Positions 18,379 to 20,000 of a stretch of 20,000 nucleotides of DNA are shown piece by piece (positions within the stretch are counted from its first letter, which is position 1; each line of letters opens with the position of its first letter). The stretch lies in sequence record SRR31156797_6573; one strand, written 5' to 3'. Under the pieces are notes generated by a model. The model was not told where the DNA came from. It saw only the letters and a program-made list of their open reading frames with translations, and made no database searches. Both the position numbers and the translations under genes were made by a program.

Positions 18379-19284
18379 TCAGTAGTGGTTTTGCCAAGTT
18401 TTATTCAAGTTATCTCTTAAGTTCGATAGCGGAGAGTTAAAAGATGATTGATAATTTCGACCATCTCTAGCGATACCTTCCGCCATGTGAGAAATAGCTG
18501 CCATAAATCCGTTTACAATATCCGTTTGGGTAAATTGATAATTGATGACGTTTGGAGCAAGAAGGCCATTTAAATATCCACAAGTTAAGTACTTATGTAA
18601 GTTAGTATCGGAAATATTGACATCAAAGCATCTGTCGTTATCCCTACTAGTGATGTTGTAACCGAAAGAACCGAAGTGGCTATTTTGATGCCCGTGGTAA
18701 CCGCCAGAGCTGATCATTGAGCTATTATGCTGTATTCGCAAAAGGATATTTAAATTATTGGATTGCAAAGCTCCATGGACTGTTGGAGCGTCACTTTGAC
18801 TGGCTAAGATTTTGTATTTCCAATGAGTTTGTGTTCTGCAAGAATTCCAACTGGAAAGTTCATTACAAAATAGACCCAAAAACGATGTGTAGGAGTGTAT
18901 CCCGCAAATCGCTAACGCATCTTTAACCGATTGAGAATTCACATGGCCCCTGTCTTTGAATATATCCCACAAATTCCCTTTACCTGAAAATTTGCCATCG
19001 AAAACATCACACCAATCGATAGGTTTTTTGGGTTTACAATTCGAGCTACTAGCTGTTGAAACGTTACCAGATATTTGACCAGCAACACTGGTGTTAGTGA
19101 TATTAGCACCTGTCCACGATGCCGGGCTTTTGACTGACATTAATAATGGTGAAGCGGCAATTCCGGTTTGGATAAATCGACGTCTAGAAAAGCGAGAAGA
19201 CTGAGGCTCTCTTTTTTGTCCTGCAGCTAATGGCGCTTGTACTTTATCATCCGTTTTTTCAGTTGGAGATGGTTGAGTATCCAT
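18379..19284 (-). CDS. hypothetical exported protein with twin-arginine-like leader and Ser/Thr-rich segment
   Basis: AAGGA SD; SRRRFIQTGIAASPLLMSVKSPAS; 11 Ser/Thr in residues 56-81; 7 Cys. The stop is 3 nt before the PqqD-like ATG. Confidence 0.75.
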   Translation of the reverse strand: MDTQPSPTEKTDDKVQAPLAAGQKREPQSSRFSRRRFIQTGIAASPLLMSVKSPASWTGANITNTSVAGQISGNVSTASSSNCKPKKPIDWCDVFDGKFSGKGNLWDIFKDRGHVNSQSVKDALAICGIHSYTSFLGLFCNELSSWNSCRTQTHWKYKILASQSDAPTVHGALQSNNLNILLRIQHNSSMISSGGYHGHQNSHFGSFGYNITSRDNDRCFDVNISDTNLHKYLTCGYLNGLLAPNVINYQFTQTDIVNGFMAAISHMAEGIARDGRNYQSSFNSPLSNLRDNLNKTWQNHY

Positions 19285-19363
19285 AATCCTTTCCTAGTGT
19301 TTAGCTGACGTACTTGAACTTATAACTACCCAGCGTTAACGTCATTTGTTTTCCGATTACACG

Positions 19364-20000
19364 TTATTTTTTTAACGCATACTTATCCATTAATGAGTAT
19401 AGCGTAGGCCTGGTAATTCCCAACAAATTCGCTGTATTAGAAATATTGCCATCCATAATTGAAATCGCCTGACTAATTGCCCATTTTTCAGCATCTTCCC
19501 TGACTTTCTTAAGATTCAGATCTAGGGTTGTTGCTTTTTCATCTATGTTAAGCGCGAGATCATGTGCGGTAATTTGTTTCCCGTCTGACATAATACTCGC
19601 CGCTTTGACTTTATTCTGCAGTTCACGCACGTTACCTGGCCAAGGATATTTTATAAGTGCATCAACAGCTTCGTCATTAAATCCGTTAATTTGCTTACCT
19701 ATAGCTTGGCACTGGCTTTGTAAAACAGCGCGTGCAATTAAAATAATATCACCATCTCTTTCCCTTAGTGGGGGTATTTGAATGGTAATCTCACTTATGC
19801 GATAAAATAAATCTTCTCTAAACAGCTTTTCATTGACCATATGCTCTAAATTTTGGTGCGTGGCACAAATGATGCGGATATCGACCGGGATATCTTCGCG
19901 GCCGCCGACGCGAGTGATGACCTTTTCTTGTAAAAAGCGCAGCATTTTCGCTTGGAGTGCTAAAGGCATATCACCAATCTCATCCAGAAAAAGCGTACCG
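19364..20000 (-). CDS. prsR: sigma-54-dependent enhancer-binding response regulator, PrsR (PEP-CTERM-box regulator)-like; 5' part lies outside the window
   Basis: The frame is open to the window edge: GTLFLDEIGDMP (Walker B), LQAKMLRFLQE, FREDLFYRI, WPGNVREL and a Fis-type HTH ending LLGITRPTLYSLM. The VGGREDIPVD and YRISEITIQIPPLRERDGD segments match PrsR as I recall it. Confidence 0.75.
   Translation of the reverse strand, partial: GTLFLDEIGDMPLALQAKMLRFLQEKVITRVGGREDIPVDIRIICATHQNLEHMVNEKLFREDLFYRISEITIQIPPLRERDGDIILIARAVLQSQCQAIGKQINGFNDEAVDALIKYPWPGNVRELQNKVKAASIMSDGKQITAHDLALNIDEKATTLDLNLKKVREDAEKWAISQAISIMDGNISNTANLLGITRPTLYSLMDKYALKK

Noticed and set aside
16039-19363. Classical lasso-peptide or other small RiPP cluster
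   Set aside because: No asparagine-synthetase-like cyclase, transglutaminase-like peptidase or short precursor ORF is visible, and the intergenic gaps are too small. Genes elsewhere in the genome cannot be excluded.
19285-19363. PrsR enhancer or sigma-54 promoter upstream of the 301-aa gene (TGTAATCGGAAAACA on the minus strand)
   Set aside because: No GG-N10-GC element follows it and the match to a bEBP dyad is weak. Read-through from the regulator gene is the simpler explanation.
1738-19781. Short ORF-track entries overlapping larger genes (e.g. 4413-4715, 6982-7353, 8510-8704, 11964-12254, 19545-19781)
   Set aside because: They are antisense or alternate-frame shadows of well-supported genes, with no motifs or convincing RBS.

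Overview
Vibrio-like gammaproteobacterial DNA (genus inferred from gene content) in two parts. The left part (~1-8600) holds core-type genes: a partial RhlE-like DEAD-box helicase, a PAS-GGDEF diguanylate cyclase, a TDT/TehA-family transporter, the clcA H+/Cl- antiporter with a perfect AphB-type TGCAA-N7-TTGCA dyad upstream, an unannotated 39-codon ORF with its own terminator, a COG0523/CobW GTPase, ylqF/rbgA and a secreted FGE-domain protein. The right part (~8960-20000) looks like the distal end of a PEP-CTERM/exosortase-type surface or exopolysaccharide locus, arranged as two convergent arms. The + arm carries a secreted beta-helix protein and an MMPL/RND + LolA-like + beta-barrel export trio. 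The - arm carries a PrsR-like sigma-54 activator, a 301-aa Tat-like Ser/Thr-rich protein, a PqqD/RRE-like protein, an HprK-related kinase, a nucleotidyltransferase and a membrane-anchored beta-helix enzyme. The most interesting system is the RRE + kinase + nucleotidyltransferase cassette. It resembles RiPP (lasso peptide) tailoring machinery, but no cyclase, peptidase or small precursor is present in the window, so it may be a leader-guided phospho-/nucleotidyl-modification system acting on the adjacent exported protein. All family calls come from motif recognition by eye, not database searches.
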